A stretch of 64,000 nucleotides of DNA from NCBI RefSeq assembly GCF_006345805.1, contig NC_042999.1, positions 120,714,001 to 120,778,000 on the forward strand, in the 5' to 3' direction. This DNA is from Octopus sinensis. Its lineage: Eukaryota. A program made the position numbers and the translations under genes. Every line of letters begins with the position of its first letter. Positions within the stretch are counted from its first letter, which is position 1. Shown piece by piece: positions 49,890 to 61,560 of this stretch. The notes under the pieces are model-generated. The model did not search any database. It was not told the DNA's origin and saw only the letters and a program-made list of their open reading frames with translations.

Positions 49890-51295
49890 TAGGGCTTATA
49901 AATCTAACATTCTATTATCCTTCCTTAATACCAGTTCCAATATGCTGTTCATATCTGTACTCGGTCTGCTTAGGTGGTTGTTGTGTCCTAGCATATGTGC
50001 TGCTTCTTTTAGTATTCGTATTTTCCAGTGGTGTTCTCTGTCTATTATTTTAACTTCATCCCACAGGGGGAGGTGGTCTCCATTTTCCATACATGATCAG
50101 CTACACCCGATGTATCAATATCTCCTCGTGTTACAGCTTTGCGATGTTCCTCTACCCTTATTTTGAGGGGGCGGCATGTTTCGCCTTTGTATAACCTACC
50201 ACAGCTGCATGGGATGGAGTACACGCAGTTCTTAGTCATATTCTCTTCTATTGGTGGTTTTACTCGAAGGAGATATTTGCGAAGTGTTGCATTACTTCTG
50301 CATACTGTCCTGATATCATATGGGTCACATATCTTTTGCATATTTTTTCGGAGAAGCCTTTCAAATATGGTAGACAGACTGTGGACAGTTTATCAGTTTC
50401 ATCCTCTCTTCTCTTCCTAATCGGAATGGAGAGTATGTTTTGAGGGTAGTTGTTGCTTAATAGATTGTTACCGAGCTTGATCATTTCTTTCTGGTGGGTA
50501 TCACAATGCTACTTTTATTCATTGCTCGATGTTTTAGGCACTGAGCAATCCCTCTATTTATACTGTATGGATGGTGGGAATTGAAGTTAAGGTATTGTCC
50601 AGTAAAGGTCGGCTTGCGGTATATGGATGTCCTGAATCCATACTTGGTGCGTGTTATTAATATGTTCATGAAAGCCAGTTGATTCTTTCTCTTTTTCCAT
50701 TGTGAACTGTATGGATGGCTTTATTGAGTTCACATGATCTAACAGCATTTGGGCATCTTTCTGATGGAGCCAAAGTATGAAGGTGTCATCAACATATCAT
50801 AGCCATAGTGTTGGTTTTAGCGGTGTTGATCCTAAAGCCAAATTTTCAAAGTATTCCATGTATTGGCTATTATCGGGAATAATGGCGAACCCATAGCTAA
50901 ACCCTCTTTTCTGTCGATATATATCAGTGTCTATACTGAAGTAGGTAGTTTCTACGCAGAAGGTCAACATTTCCACGAAGTTTCCTATTGGTATACTAGA
51001 GCGTTCTATTTTTGATGGGTGTCTGTCACTAGTTTTTCTTGAATCGCCGATAGTTCCTCACCAGTTGGGACTTTGGTGAACAGACTTATCACATCTAGAC
51101 TCACCATCTAGTTGGATTCAATGGGGGTATTTTTGATCAGTTCTGTGAAGTGGGTGGAATTCTTCACATACGCTTAACTTTCCTGCTAATGGACTGATTA
51201 TATCCACAAGCAAGCGGCTCAGTGGATGACATGCTGAACCTCTACCGCTCACTATCGGTCTTAATGGAATACCGTCCTTGTGAATCTTAGGAAGA
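49890..51295 (-). mobile_element. Penelope-like element ORF (RT, thumb, C-terminal GIY-YIG), 5'-truncated and decayed
   Basis: LPKIHKDGIPLRPIVSGRGS (RT), RYVDDTF-like ATTATMIC region, TSIYRKPTFTGQYLNFNSHHP (thumb), NCVYSIPCSCGRLYKGETCRPLKIRVEEH (GIY-YIG), and VKIIDREHHWKIRILKEA. Confidence 0.92.
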
Positions 51296-51299
51296 TTCT

Positions 51300-51410
51300 T
51301 AGGAAAAATACTTAGGAATGAGAACCCAAGTTCGAAATTTGCCCAAGACACCGGATGAAGGCTGGATGACAAAATATCCGTCAATTGTAATTAATATAAT
51401 TAATGTTATT
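51300..51410 (+). repeat. Inverted partial copy of the Penelope terminal repeat with crippled hammerhead
   Basis: AATTTGCCCAAGACACCGGATGAAGGCTGGA...ATATCCGTCAATTGTAA matches the reverse complement of 45190-45290, with about 40 nt (including GAAAC) deleted. Confidence 0.82.
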
Positions 51411-51419
51411 GAAAATTAT

Positions 51420-53400
51420 TTCGCATCTTAGCATCTATTGCTGTGCTTGTATTATTCTTCTCACTTCTACCTACATTAGTTTTCTGGCTCTTTAGTTGTA
51501 TATATCTTTTACCTTCCCTTCTGCAATCTTTCTCACTCGTTCAGTATGTACTCATTCTCCTTTTGACTTTGCAAACATGCAGCTATCTGTGAATCACCTT
51601 TAAAATAATTTGGTTCTAGAGAAGCAGTAATATCAATACGCTTATCCATATTGTTAATGACAAGTAAATAGCATGGGATCTCAGAGCCATAATAACTTTA
51701 CTACTTATTCTACAATATTCACGATGGTGTTCTTTCTTCTTGTCCTGAACTAATGCAGGACGATCTAGTAACACCTACTGATATTGAAGTGGAGCTCGTT
51801 CTGTTGCAAGCGCCAAGAATAATTTTTTGTCGAGGTGCCTAACTTCACTACACTTTCATTTATAAGCAGTCCGATGATACAGATTAATTGATTTCCTAGT
51901 AGGTTGTCTTTATAAGCTGCCAATAATATTTTATCAGTTCATCATTGATGTCATCGGACAAACATATTTAGAAGTCTGGTCATGGTTACTGACATACAGT
52001 TTGGCAGCTTAAAACAAAAATGAACTAACGGTTAGAGACAAAGAGAATTTGTGGTTTCGTCTTTCCTCTCTCAATACTTATACAAATGAAAACCAATTAA
52101 AAATACCATGAGTAAAAACTGTTTGACAAAACAACCGGTCATCTTTATTGATATTCCCGAAATTCTTTCAAGTTGGAATATAACAAGTACCTACAACAAA
52201 CACAACGATGAGACATCTGCGTACTCCTGCAAATTACGTCCTATTATTTAAAAAAAGTCCTGGCATATTCGGTTATATGGTACTCGATACTATATAACCG
52301 AATGTATTCCATTCACATAAGCAAATAACGAGTTGGTCACGATTATTATGCTTTTGAACAAGCTTACTCATTCGGCGCTTATGTGGCCGACACAACTGCA
52401 TTAATAATTTGCGTACTTTACTCTTCATGGCTACAAAATCGTCTGTACTTTCATTTTCACCCTTTCCTGCGTCCAGATTTGCTCTGTAAGATATTAACGT
52501 GCGCATGCAAACTTCCCTTTCCTACATCTCATCTCTTCATCTCAAAAAGTAATGACAAATATTTCTTGCCTGTATAAAATTTCGTAGTAACTTAAAACTG
52601 AGAACTTTCTGGTAATTCTAGTACCCTTCTTACATCAAAGGCTGATATCTAAAATATCAAAGCTTCAGACTTTCTGAAACTACTGCTACTTTTAGCATCC
52701 TTACTTATCCTCTTCCTTGACATCCCAAAGTAACGTTTGACCTATTCTTAACATTTTCAGCATCAAATAGAATGCCCAACATCTCTTTAATCAAAGTCAC
52801 GCACTACATATTTATATATGACCCTATACCTTTTAGTACTAGGCCTTGAAGTATTTAGAATCGCTTAACTGTCCAGATCCCAGACAGGTTTAAGACAATC
52901 ATCTATGGTATCAAATGTTTCACATTTGTCATACGACGGAGAGCAAAGAAGGTGAACGAAACCATTCTCTTCCAAATTACATCCACATAGCAAAATTCCA
53001 TAATCACTCCAAAGTTCCACATGTGATTCACAGTCAAGTTTCTTGCCGTTGTATAACTGAAAATCATGGCTTACAGTAGATGGTTAAACGTAACCACTTC
53101 TACCAGTTGAGTAGCATTTATTAATCGGCAAAACATTTGAAAACTCTTATCCGATAATCTAACAATATAACTGTGCGTCACACAAACTTGTAACTCTCCT
53201 ATCTCCTAAATAGCAGTTGAGACGTACTGTTCCATGTCACAAGAATCTATGCTAATTTCCAAAATATACTTACCCTGACTTCCGCTTTCATAGGTACATC
53301 TTAAATGGAACATTTTCTCCATATGCCAAATGATATTCCTTCATCTTCAAAGTACACGCATTTGACGTAACTACTGCATATATACGTTCCCCACTCCACA
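51420..53400 (-). pseudogene. Unidentified, apparently decayed coding stretch
   Basis: A microsatellite-free, purine-skewed minus strand with several protein-like open segments (e.g. 52870-53056, 62 codons). I recognise no family. Confidence 0.3.
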
Positions 53401-53438
53401 GCTCACACTAACATACATACACGCATTCACATTAAGAA

Positions 53439-54360
53439 TGCGGGTCGGCTGAAAATGTCAAAAGCTGACCAACATACTGTCGTGGAATGTGACCAAATGA
53501 GGTTTACTTTTCACATTTGTGTTTTTTAAGAAAGAACAATGTTTTCGGGAAGTAGAAATCGGCGGGCGTTGTCTGCTTCCACCGCCAGCCATCTCTTTTT
53601 TCATTCCATTATCATTGTGTCTGTGTCCATCCCGCAAGCTTCGATCTGTATTAAGCCTATATGGCAAATGTAATCAAATAAAGAAGCTTTTATCTTGTTG
53701 GTCAAAAAAGTCATCAACAGCGTTTATGACGTCATCATCACTGCGATACTGGTTCACAACCGAGTGTATTTGATAGTCAAGTAGAGCTAAATCATAAGAA
53801 GAAGGAAGGTGGTCAACAAGTTTAAAGCCATAGTCAAGCGCAGTAGACATTGAGACAAAGGACTTGTATACTGAAGCATTATCCAGATGAAATATTACCT
53901 CCTTCATTTTTCCAGGTCGTTTGGTCTTGATAACCTTTCATGAGGTGAGTGCTTCAGCGAGTTGACATAGTACTCTCCACAGATGGTATGCACCATGCCT
54001 TTTGCATCCCCAAAATCTGAGGCCACCAACTTTCCTGCAGACGAAATGATCTTGGCGTTGTTTGGACCAGATGAGGAGGGGTGATTCCATTGCATGGTTT
54101 GTTTTTTTATTTCTAGCTAAAAGTGATGAACTCAATTATCATCCTGGGTTAGGAAACGTTCAAGGAGATATCATTTCGGCAAAATGTTAGATTTTGTCGT
54201 GACCAGCCTGGTATACGTTTGACTAGGTGTCAGAAGATGTGGCAACCACTGAGCAGAAACCTTTGACATGCCAAGTTCATCCTGCAAAATATCTTCTATT
54301 CGATTATATGTTAATAGCATTAGATACTTGATTTGTAGTCCAATGCGTTACGCCCAATTG
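53439..54360 (-). mobile_element. Mariner (Mos1-like) transposon, decayed, one TIR visible
   Basis: SAGKLVASDFGDAKG, VIFHLDNA, KLVDHLPSSYDLALLDY and YRSDDDVINAVDDFF, with an upstream KVSAQWLPHLLT (WVPHEL-like). TIR-like CGGGTCGGCTGAAAA at about 53441. Confidence 0.88.
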
Positions 54361-54364
54361 CTAC

Positions 54365-54700
54365 ATGGTGAATACGATCGTTGTTTTCCAGTCTCAGCAC
54401 GTCCAGACGTTGAGTTATCTTCAATATTTTATCTTCCTTTTTCTCTGTGACATTTTGCTATTCCCCAAGCTGGAGGAGAGCCTCAGACGCAGTTGTTTTG
54501 AAGATATCGAGAAGATGGCGACTGCAACAAAAGTTCTGGACAACATATTTTAGGAGGACCACCATAGAGCGTTCACGAAGAAGTTGGAACGCTACTACAA
54601 AAGCATTGAAATCACAGGAGCCTACTTAGTAAGACATTAAAGCTTTCTTACTTGTTTGAAAACATATCAAAACTCCTGGAATGTACCTTATAATTTTGTT
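54365..54700 (+). mobile_element. Second mariner 3' fragment in opposite orientation
   Basis: CDILLFPKLEESLR...FEDIE...AFTKKLERYYKSIEITGAY. Confidence 0.7.
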
Positions 54701-56274
54701 GGAATTTTATTAATGCAACACATTTTACTATGTCTAAACTTGAGAATTTCTTGGTCTTCTATTCCAACTATGGGCATTATCCATCCGTCAGCTTTTGCGC
54801 TCTTTGATCTCGCAACCATATTCCTTAATAGTCTCTGTGTACTTACCGTCAATCCTAACATAACTCACTCCAGTGTAGAAGAGAGCACTGATCTCTCCTT
54901 CACAACTCTCCATACAAATGCATAATTCACTTGAAACAGAGAAGCCCAATATCAAACGTTTACCGCTTCCCGGACGAAACATCGCAATCACAGCTTATAA
55001 TCAGGACATGATAAATTAATCCCTGTACATACCAAGAAAACAAATTAATACTCTTCCTACCATAGTATCGGATCACTCACACGTAAATTAAAATTAGATT
55101 AAATTGAGCTAAGCCTCAAAATGTACAATTTGTTCTGGTGATCTGATATCTAGAACAGAGAAAAAGCATTTCAGGACTATAAACTACTTTGGTCATTGTT
55201 TTTGTTTATAGTTTGTGCGTGTTAACATATACAAGCAATCATAAGTTGAACAAAATGACAGCCACTATGCCGATTGGCAAATATTCATTTACCAACAAAC
55301 GTTAGGCTATATTTTGGAGAAGGTTGGCACGTTCATTTTGCTTGCTCTGCTGTTACAACAACTGTCTATCAGGCATATCTTAAAATGAACCAAAATGCTA
55401 CTTTCTCATTCCATTGCCAATACAGTTTTCTCTCCCATAGACTGGTAACCAATAGCTACCACCAAGCTTTCACCCCAATATATTTTTTTTACTGTACGAA
55501 ATGGGGGTGTCGTAAGAATTGCGGACAAGATGGCTTTTAGTGCTTGTTCTGGGCCTTTGTGTTTAACACCGTCGCATGGTTCTTTGGTGCCTTTAGTAGA
55601 GTTCTGTCTTGGAAGAAGGTGACACTGACCTTCAGTCCGATGCTGCCCCGAGGCACTAATAAACAAAGGGTCATGGCACTACCGTTTCTTTCTTAACAAA
55701 ACAGCAACCTAACAATCCTTTTATCTTGCCCATATTTTTCTTGCAGAAACCATTAACACACCTCAATCTAACTCATATCTTCTAAAAGAGAAGTTAATTT
55801 CAATGTAATATTTTCCTTCATTTATACTTTTAACCAGAAACAAATAGAAACACTAAATGGAAAAATCTTTTACAGAATATTTTAGAGAATATAAACGAGC
55901 CAAATTAAATCCCATGTGTTGACATTTCAGTAAAATCCAATTAGGAATAATTTGAAACAAAAACATCAGCATAGGTTGGTTTCAGGAATGTGATATGATT
56001 GTGTATAAGAATTGAAAACAAGACATTCAATTTAAAGAAAATGTTTCCAATTCAAGAATAGCATTTTTCTTTGTTGTATTTTCAGTGTAAATAGTTTTAG
56101 GTGACAAAAGTAAAAAAAATATTAACTTCATTACTTCAATAAAATATTTAAATTGGCAGTGACATTTTTTGTTACACAATAAGAAATATGTATTTGCATA
56201 TTTAATTAGATATATTTAGAATTGTTGAATTGAATCGTAGGGGCTATGTTTGTTGACATCATTAAAATGATGAC

Positions 56275-56411
56275 GATGACGACGATGACGACGGGGAGGA
56301 GAAGGAGGAGGAGAAGAAGAAGAAGAAGAAGAAGAAGAAGAAGAAGAAGAAGAAGAAGAAGAAGAAGAAGAAGAAGAAGAAGAAGAAGAAGAAGAAGAAG
56401 AAGAAGAAGAA
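56275..56411. repeat. (GAT/GAC)n(GAG)n(AAG)n compound microsatellite with about 30 perfect AAG units
   Basis: Seen directly in the sequence. Confidence 0.95.
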
Positions 56412-56701
56412 GGGAATTGTAATAATGATAATGGGGAAGATGAAGGTAAAATTTAAAGTTGTCAATTCAAAATCATATCTAATTTGATTTCATTTTGAAT
56501 GAAACATCTCTAGCTCCAGTTTAGTCTGTTAGTTATAGTATATAAAATTCAATTCGGCATGTAATACTTGATATGCAGATTATATAACGGCAATATATTT
56601 TGATTAAATTATGAAAGAAAATAATTAATTGGGCTAATTATATACAAGTCTACAAACTGTAAGTTTAAATGTGTTCTAAAGTCAATATAGAACTCATTAT
56701 A

Positions 56702-56833
56702 CAGGTTGTCTCATAACGATATGACGCACTTTCAGTGCAAGTAACTATGACTTGGAGAACTAATTCATTAACTAAATTGTAAAATGCATTCACAGAACAC
56801 AGTTATATGTCCCATTTATTATGAGACACCCTA
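56702..56833. mobile_element. About 130-bp Tc1/mariner-type MITE
   Basis: TA|CAGGTTGTCTCATAA ... TTATGAGACACCCTA: imperfect 15-bp TIR. Confidence 0.62.
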
Positions 56834-59524
56834 CAGTAAAGTGTTATATCGAAGACAAGTCAGACATGTAATATCTATGCTCGTGGCAATACAGGAGTAC
56901 AATACTGCCTAACAAATCACTGATAAATTATTTGGTTCCACCAAAGCCTACAGCATTGAACCCTATCTTATTAACTTTTAACATATCAATACTTGCTAAC
57001 TTCCTAACAAATTAACATGATCTTCCTATAACTAATTAAGTGACAATAATTTCTTATCTCTTTGAAATTACTGACGATTTATTTGGGATTCGTTTATAAT
57101 TACAGCCTACATATTTATTTTCTTTCTCCGACTAAGAAGTAGATTTCAACCAGTTGCAGAGTTTCTGCGTACCTCATGCTGCACATTGTCCCTAAACGTA
57201 TTTCAGAATAACGTAAGAAATAACTTCTATTATCTTGACCTCAATACTATAGCATGAGAAAAACGTATGGAAATACTAAGGATTTTCTTTTTATCGGCAT
57301 CTCACAAAGTATCAGGCATTCTGTGGTATATTTGTTAAAAAATAACCATACGGATTTCTTGATATTCATGTCATACTATTCACGTCATACTATTCACAAA
57401 GTATTATTCTCCCCTTTTCAGACATTGTCATACACTTACTACAATTTCTCACTTTAGCTCAATATGATATTGATTTTTAACCAGTGCTATTCACTATTTT
57501 CAAGACTCTCGGTAATAAAAATTTTAGGTGAAGAGAAGGGAATCAATTATCAAGAAAATCACAACTAACGCGGTGCATTTTTAAGACTTACAAAATAGCA
57601 TTATTCTTATAATATAATCTGATTCATAAATATTCTTTAAACAGATTATATGTCCATTGCAAAATTAGTTTAAGAAAGTGCATCTACAAGAGACAATATT
57701 CCTCTTAAAATACTAAGCAATATTTTATATTTGAGTATGAACGTGTTTATAAGTACATGTATTTAAGAGATAATTCTTTAAGTACTAATACGTGTGTATT
57801 TGTGGAGATAACGTTTGTAATTACTTAGTGTGTTGTGTAGGTGTCTGTAGCTGATTGTCCATAGACTTAGATGTGCAGAATTATACATAATGTTCTGTAA
57901 TTACACAGCATTAATGGTTCATTAAAAAAGTCTCCACCACATGCTTCGTGTGATTCATACACTTGAACTGGCATTCACAGGAATATTGTTAAATTAGTCA
58001 AACCTCGTTTCCTGTTACTGTGTCCTTGAATTCACAATTTATTTTACATTTGTAGATAAGTGTTTTCCCATTTTACTTAAATTCAGTTAATTTTTATTGT
58101 AGAGTTTATAATCTTTGTTCTGCTAATACAGGAAATTTACATTACCGGTACAGGTGTTACTTAACTCATTAAGCTACTTACACGATATAATTGGCAGTTG
58201 CCTATGTGCATTGTGTAACTCCAGGAAACTGCTATCTGTTTATTGTTAAGTGAAACCAAATTAAGTAACTAGCATACATTATATTATGACAATGTCTTAC
58301 AACATGTAACTATCTCTCTCGAGACACAAACATGTAATTTCTTGAAAAACTTGTGCTTGCAAAATAGTTCGGTCTTGACGGCAGAGAGTTTAGTTTTACA
58401 GTGACACTTTCGTAACTACTTCTCGTTTAATAGTCTAGAAACCAACTGCGAGCACTAATAAATAATTCTCACATTTTATTAAATAAACTGCAACAATAAA
58501 AAAAAAACGTGATATGTATTTTGAGTTCGTTATCTACGTTTATGTGTGCATGTGTATGTATACAAACACATAAATCTATATATGTATGTGTGTCTTCGCG
58601 TATATGTTCAAGTGTGTGTTTGTGTGTGTGCGCGCGTGTTCGTATGTGTGCAAGTGTGTGTGGGTGTGTATGTATGCATGTGTGTGTGTGCGTGTGCTTG
58701 GGACTGTGTTTGTGTGGAAATCTGCTAAGTGACTGAATAGCATTACACAGAGAAAACTAATTATAGAAGCAGCGTAGATAAAATTTTACGTTCAGGGTAT
58801 TCTTGAGCCTGGAGCTTATGTTTTCAAGAAAAGCCAAACATATATAACGCAAGTAAAGATATTTTTGGTCGTTGTCGGACATGAAAATCACGTCCTGCCT
58901 CAGGATATCAAATAGGAAAGAAAATATACAAGAAGGGAGAAATCTAACAAGGATATAATCGAACGATATGACGAAAAAATATTTTTGAATGATAGCAAGC
59001 ATGGTTGTGCTTCACGGGAAGATATTAAATTCAAATACCCAGACTTCGTCAGTTCTGTATTTATTGACAATTTTCGTACGTTGAAAATAAATATCTCTTA
59101 CCATTTCTCTAAAAATGTTTCAAACTAATAGTAACTTGCAAATATCAAACATCTTGATGATGTTTGATGTTTCATGTCTAGCATTATTCGTTTTGGATGG
59201 TTACATGATGTGTAAGATATACTAATAGTGGATCTTAGCAACATCATTAACGACACAATGCTAATAGTCAAATATATCGTCTATATGCATTTCATAGTTT
59301 CTAGTGAACTGTTAAAATATTTTTGGAGAACTGAAATGGTTCCTTACTAAATCCACCCCTCAAAGACAAATTTACTCATTTTAAATATCTTTCTCCCATC
59401 CTTTTAATTAAACCTAATGATTTATAATCTTTGACTTCTTTATTCTAAGCTGGCTATCGGCATTGATTAGTCTTTTATGGAAGTTGTTTAAATATACATA
59501 TCATCATCATCATCATCATTATCG

Positions 59525-59990
59525 TCACCATTGAGTTGCATGGCTCGACAGGATTTGATAATCTTGAGGACTGCGCCAAAATCTACTGTCTGCCTTGGCA
59601 TGGGTTTTATGGTTCGATGTCTTTCCTAATGCCAACCACATTAAATAGTAGATTGTGTGCTTTTTACGCGACACCAGCTCCAGCGAGATCACCAAGTAAC
59701 TTACAGGAGAAAGATCCCCCAACTGATATGGGGAGTTGTATTGTAGGACGTGGTTTGTGCCAGGTGATGTGATGTTAGAGTATGAGTATGACAGAGGAAG
59801 AGAAACAAGTGTCCTGCTGTATAGGAGATACATGGTTGCCCCATTCGAAGCAAAAGAGCGAATGAGAGTGTGTGAGAGAGAAAGAGAGTGAGAAAGACAA
59901 GAGAGGGAGAGAGACAAGAGAGAGAAAGAGAGTGGCGATGTGTCAGAGAATACTAGCAGAGTACAAGGATGTGAATATAAATGGAATAGT
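59525..59990 (-). mobile_element. 3' terminal region of an RTE-related element with (GAT)n tail
   Basis: The (CAT)n at 59503-59520 adjoins TTGGCATGGGTTTTATGGTTCGATGTCTTTCCTAATGCCAACCAC, a typical RTE 3' end motif in reverse. Confidence 0.62.
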
Positions 59991-59999
59991 AGAGGATTG

Positions 60000-60232
60000 T
60001 GATAGCACGTAGCTTAGTGATTAGGGTATTTATTTCACATTGCTTCAGTCCACTCAGCTGGCAAAAATGAGAAGTACCTGTATTTCAAAGGGCCAACCTT
60101 GTCACACTCTGTATAACACTGAATCTCCCTGAGAACTACGTTATGGGTACTCATGTTTGTGGAGTGATCAATCATTTGCTCGTTGATGGAATCAACTAGA
60201 ACACTCATTCATCATCATAACCGACGACTGAC
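60000..60232 (+). mobile_element. tRNA-derived SINE (third family), internally deleted
   Basis: A-box-like CGTAGCTTAGTGATTAGGG, then TTTCACATTGCTTCAGTCCACTCAGCTGGCAAAAATGAG...TCCCTGAGAACTACGTTA. Confidence 0.6.
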
Positions 60233-60289
60233 ATATGGAGTATAGGATTGTAAAGGATATATGAACACGCTGATCATGAAAGACGAGAA

Positions 60290-61560
60290 TGGAGAGAAAT
60301 AAGGAATGCAGAGAGTGGTGAAATACGGGCATTTGAAATACGAGCAGGCCCATTTATCTGATGAAAAGAGAGTCTTATCCACTTATTTGCTATCAACAAC
60401 TTTACTCTTCCCTAGATTAATTATAATGCCCTTTGATTCCAAGTTTTGCTTCCGTTCTTGGAATTTCTTTACCGATTTCACTAAAGATTCAGCTACAAGA
60501 ATGAGGTCATCAGCACATATTGTTTCCCATGAGCAACTAGTTTAAAATTCTTGTTACCGCCTGGAGGACTGTGAGGAAGAAGAGAGGACTGAGAGCTGAG
60601 CCCTGTTGAACGTCTACTTGTACCCTAAATTCGTCACTATACTCATGGCAGATCCTCATCCTATTGATAGCATAGCACTACTATACCTGGCTTGTAGTGC
60701 CCTAACAAGCCGCTCGCCTATTCCTAATTTTCTTAGGGACCACCAAATGAAAAACCAAGGGACTCTGTCAAAAGTTTTCTCCATGTCGACGGAAACGAAG
60801 TACACTGGTATACTTTTTAGATACTTTTGTTGCTGTCTCACTAGGAAGATTGGTTCTGTAGAACTCTTTCCAGACATAAAATCAAACTGGACCTCATCTC
60901 GATTAATTCTATTTCTAATGAATTGGGCTATAACTATCTCTGTATTCTCTGTAAATTTCATCACTTGACCCAACAGTTTGATAGTAGTAGTTGCTTCTAA
61001 CACATCACCTTACTCTTGTATCATCTAACTATAACACTAAACATCAGTCATCGGGGATGACACCTTCTTTGGATAACATGGTTAAATATACGAATTACCA
61101 GGCCATATCCTACTCCACCAGATATTTTCAGTATCTCAGCTGCAATTCCTAATGGTTCTCAGGTTTTATTTTTGAAAGACTCATCTTCTCGCATGTATTC
61201 TCTACATTTAGCAACTTTTTATAGTGATACTACTACGAATCATTCTTCTCTGAATCACTAAGTTGAAGCATACCACTATCCATTCGCATACATTTCTCAA
61301 GCAAAACATCTCTATTCTTATACACTGTTTTGCAATCCGGAATACCACACACCTCTGATATTCACTCTGTGAAACATTGACTAATATTCTACTTTCTATT
61401 TGCTTTTCATTTTGCTATGTAAATCTGTCACCTAGCTTCTCTTTTGGGTACCTGATATAATTTTCTGCAGCCATCGTCTTTCTAGCCTTGTGCTCTCTCT
61501 TTCCTTTTTATAGTACAATCTATATCCTTATTGCATTACTATGTCCCAGCCTAGCTGGGA
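60290..61560 (-). mobile_element. RTE-clade LINE RT fragment, decayed
   Basis: ORF 60656-61003(-): IKLLGQVMK...QFDFMSGKSSTEPIFLVRQQQKY...VDMEKTFDRVP...WSLRKLGI; downstream ADDLILVAES...ESKGIIINLGKSKV. Confidence 0.88.

Noticed and set aside
55400-55690. GC-richer block with open frames on both strands
   Set aside because: No frame gives a recognisable product; it could be an old repeat.
3754-56465. Poly-I/Y/L/N/F and YI/CV-rich ORFs (e.g. 3754-4017, 8080-8316, 15988-16362, 41929-42700, 45184-45517, 56262-56465)
   Set aside because: These are translations of microsatellites, not genes.
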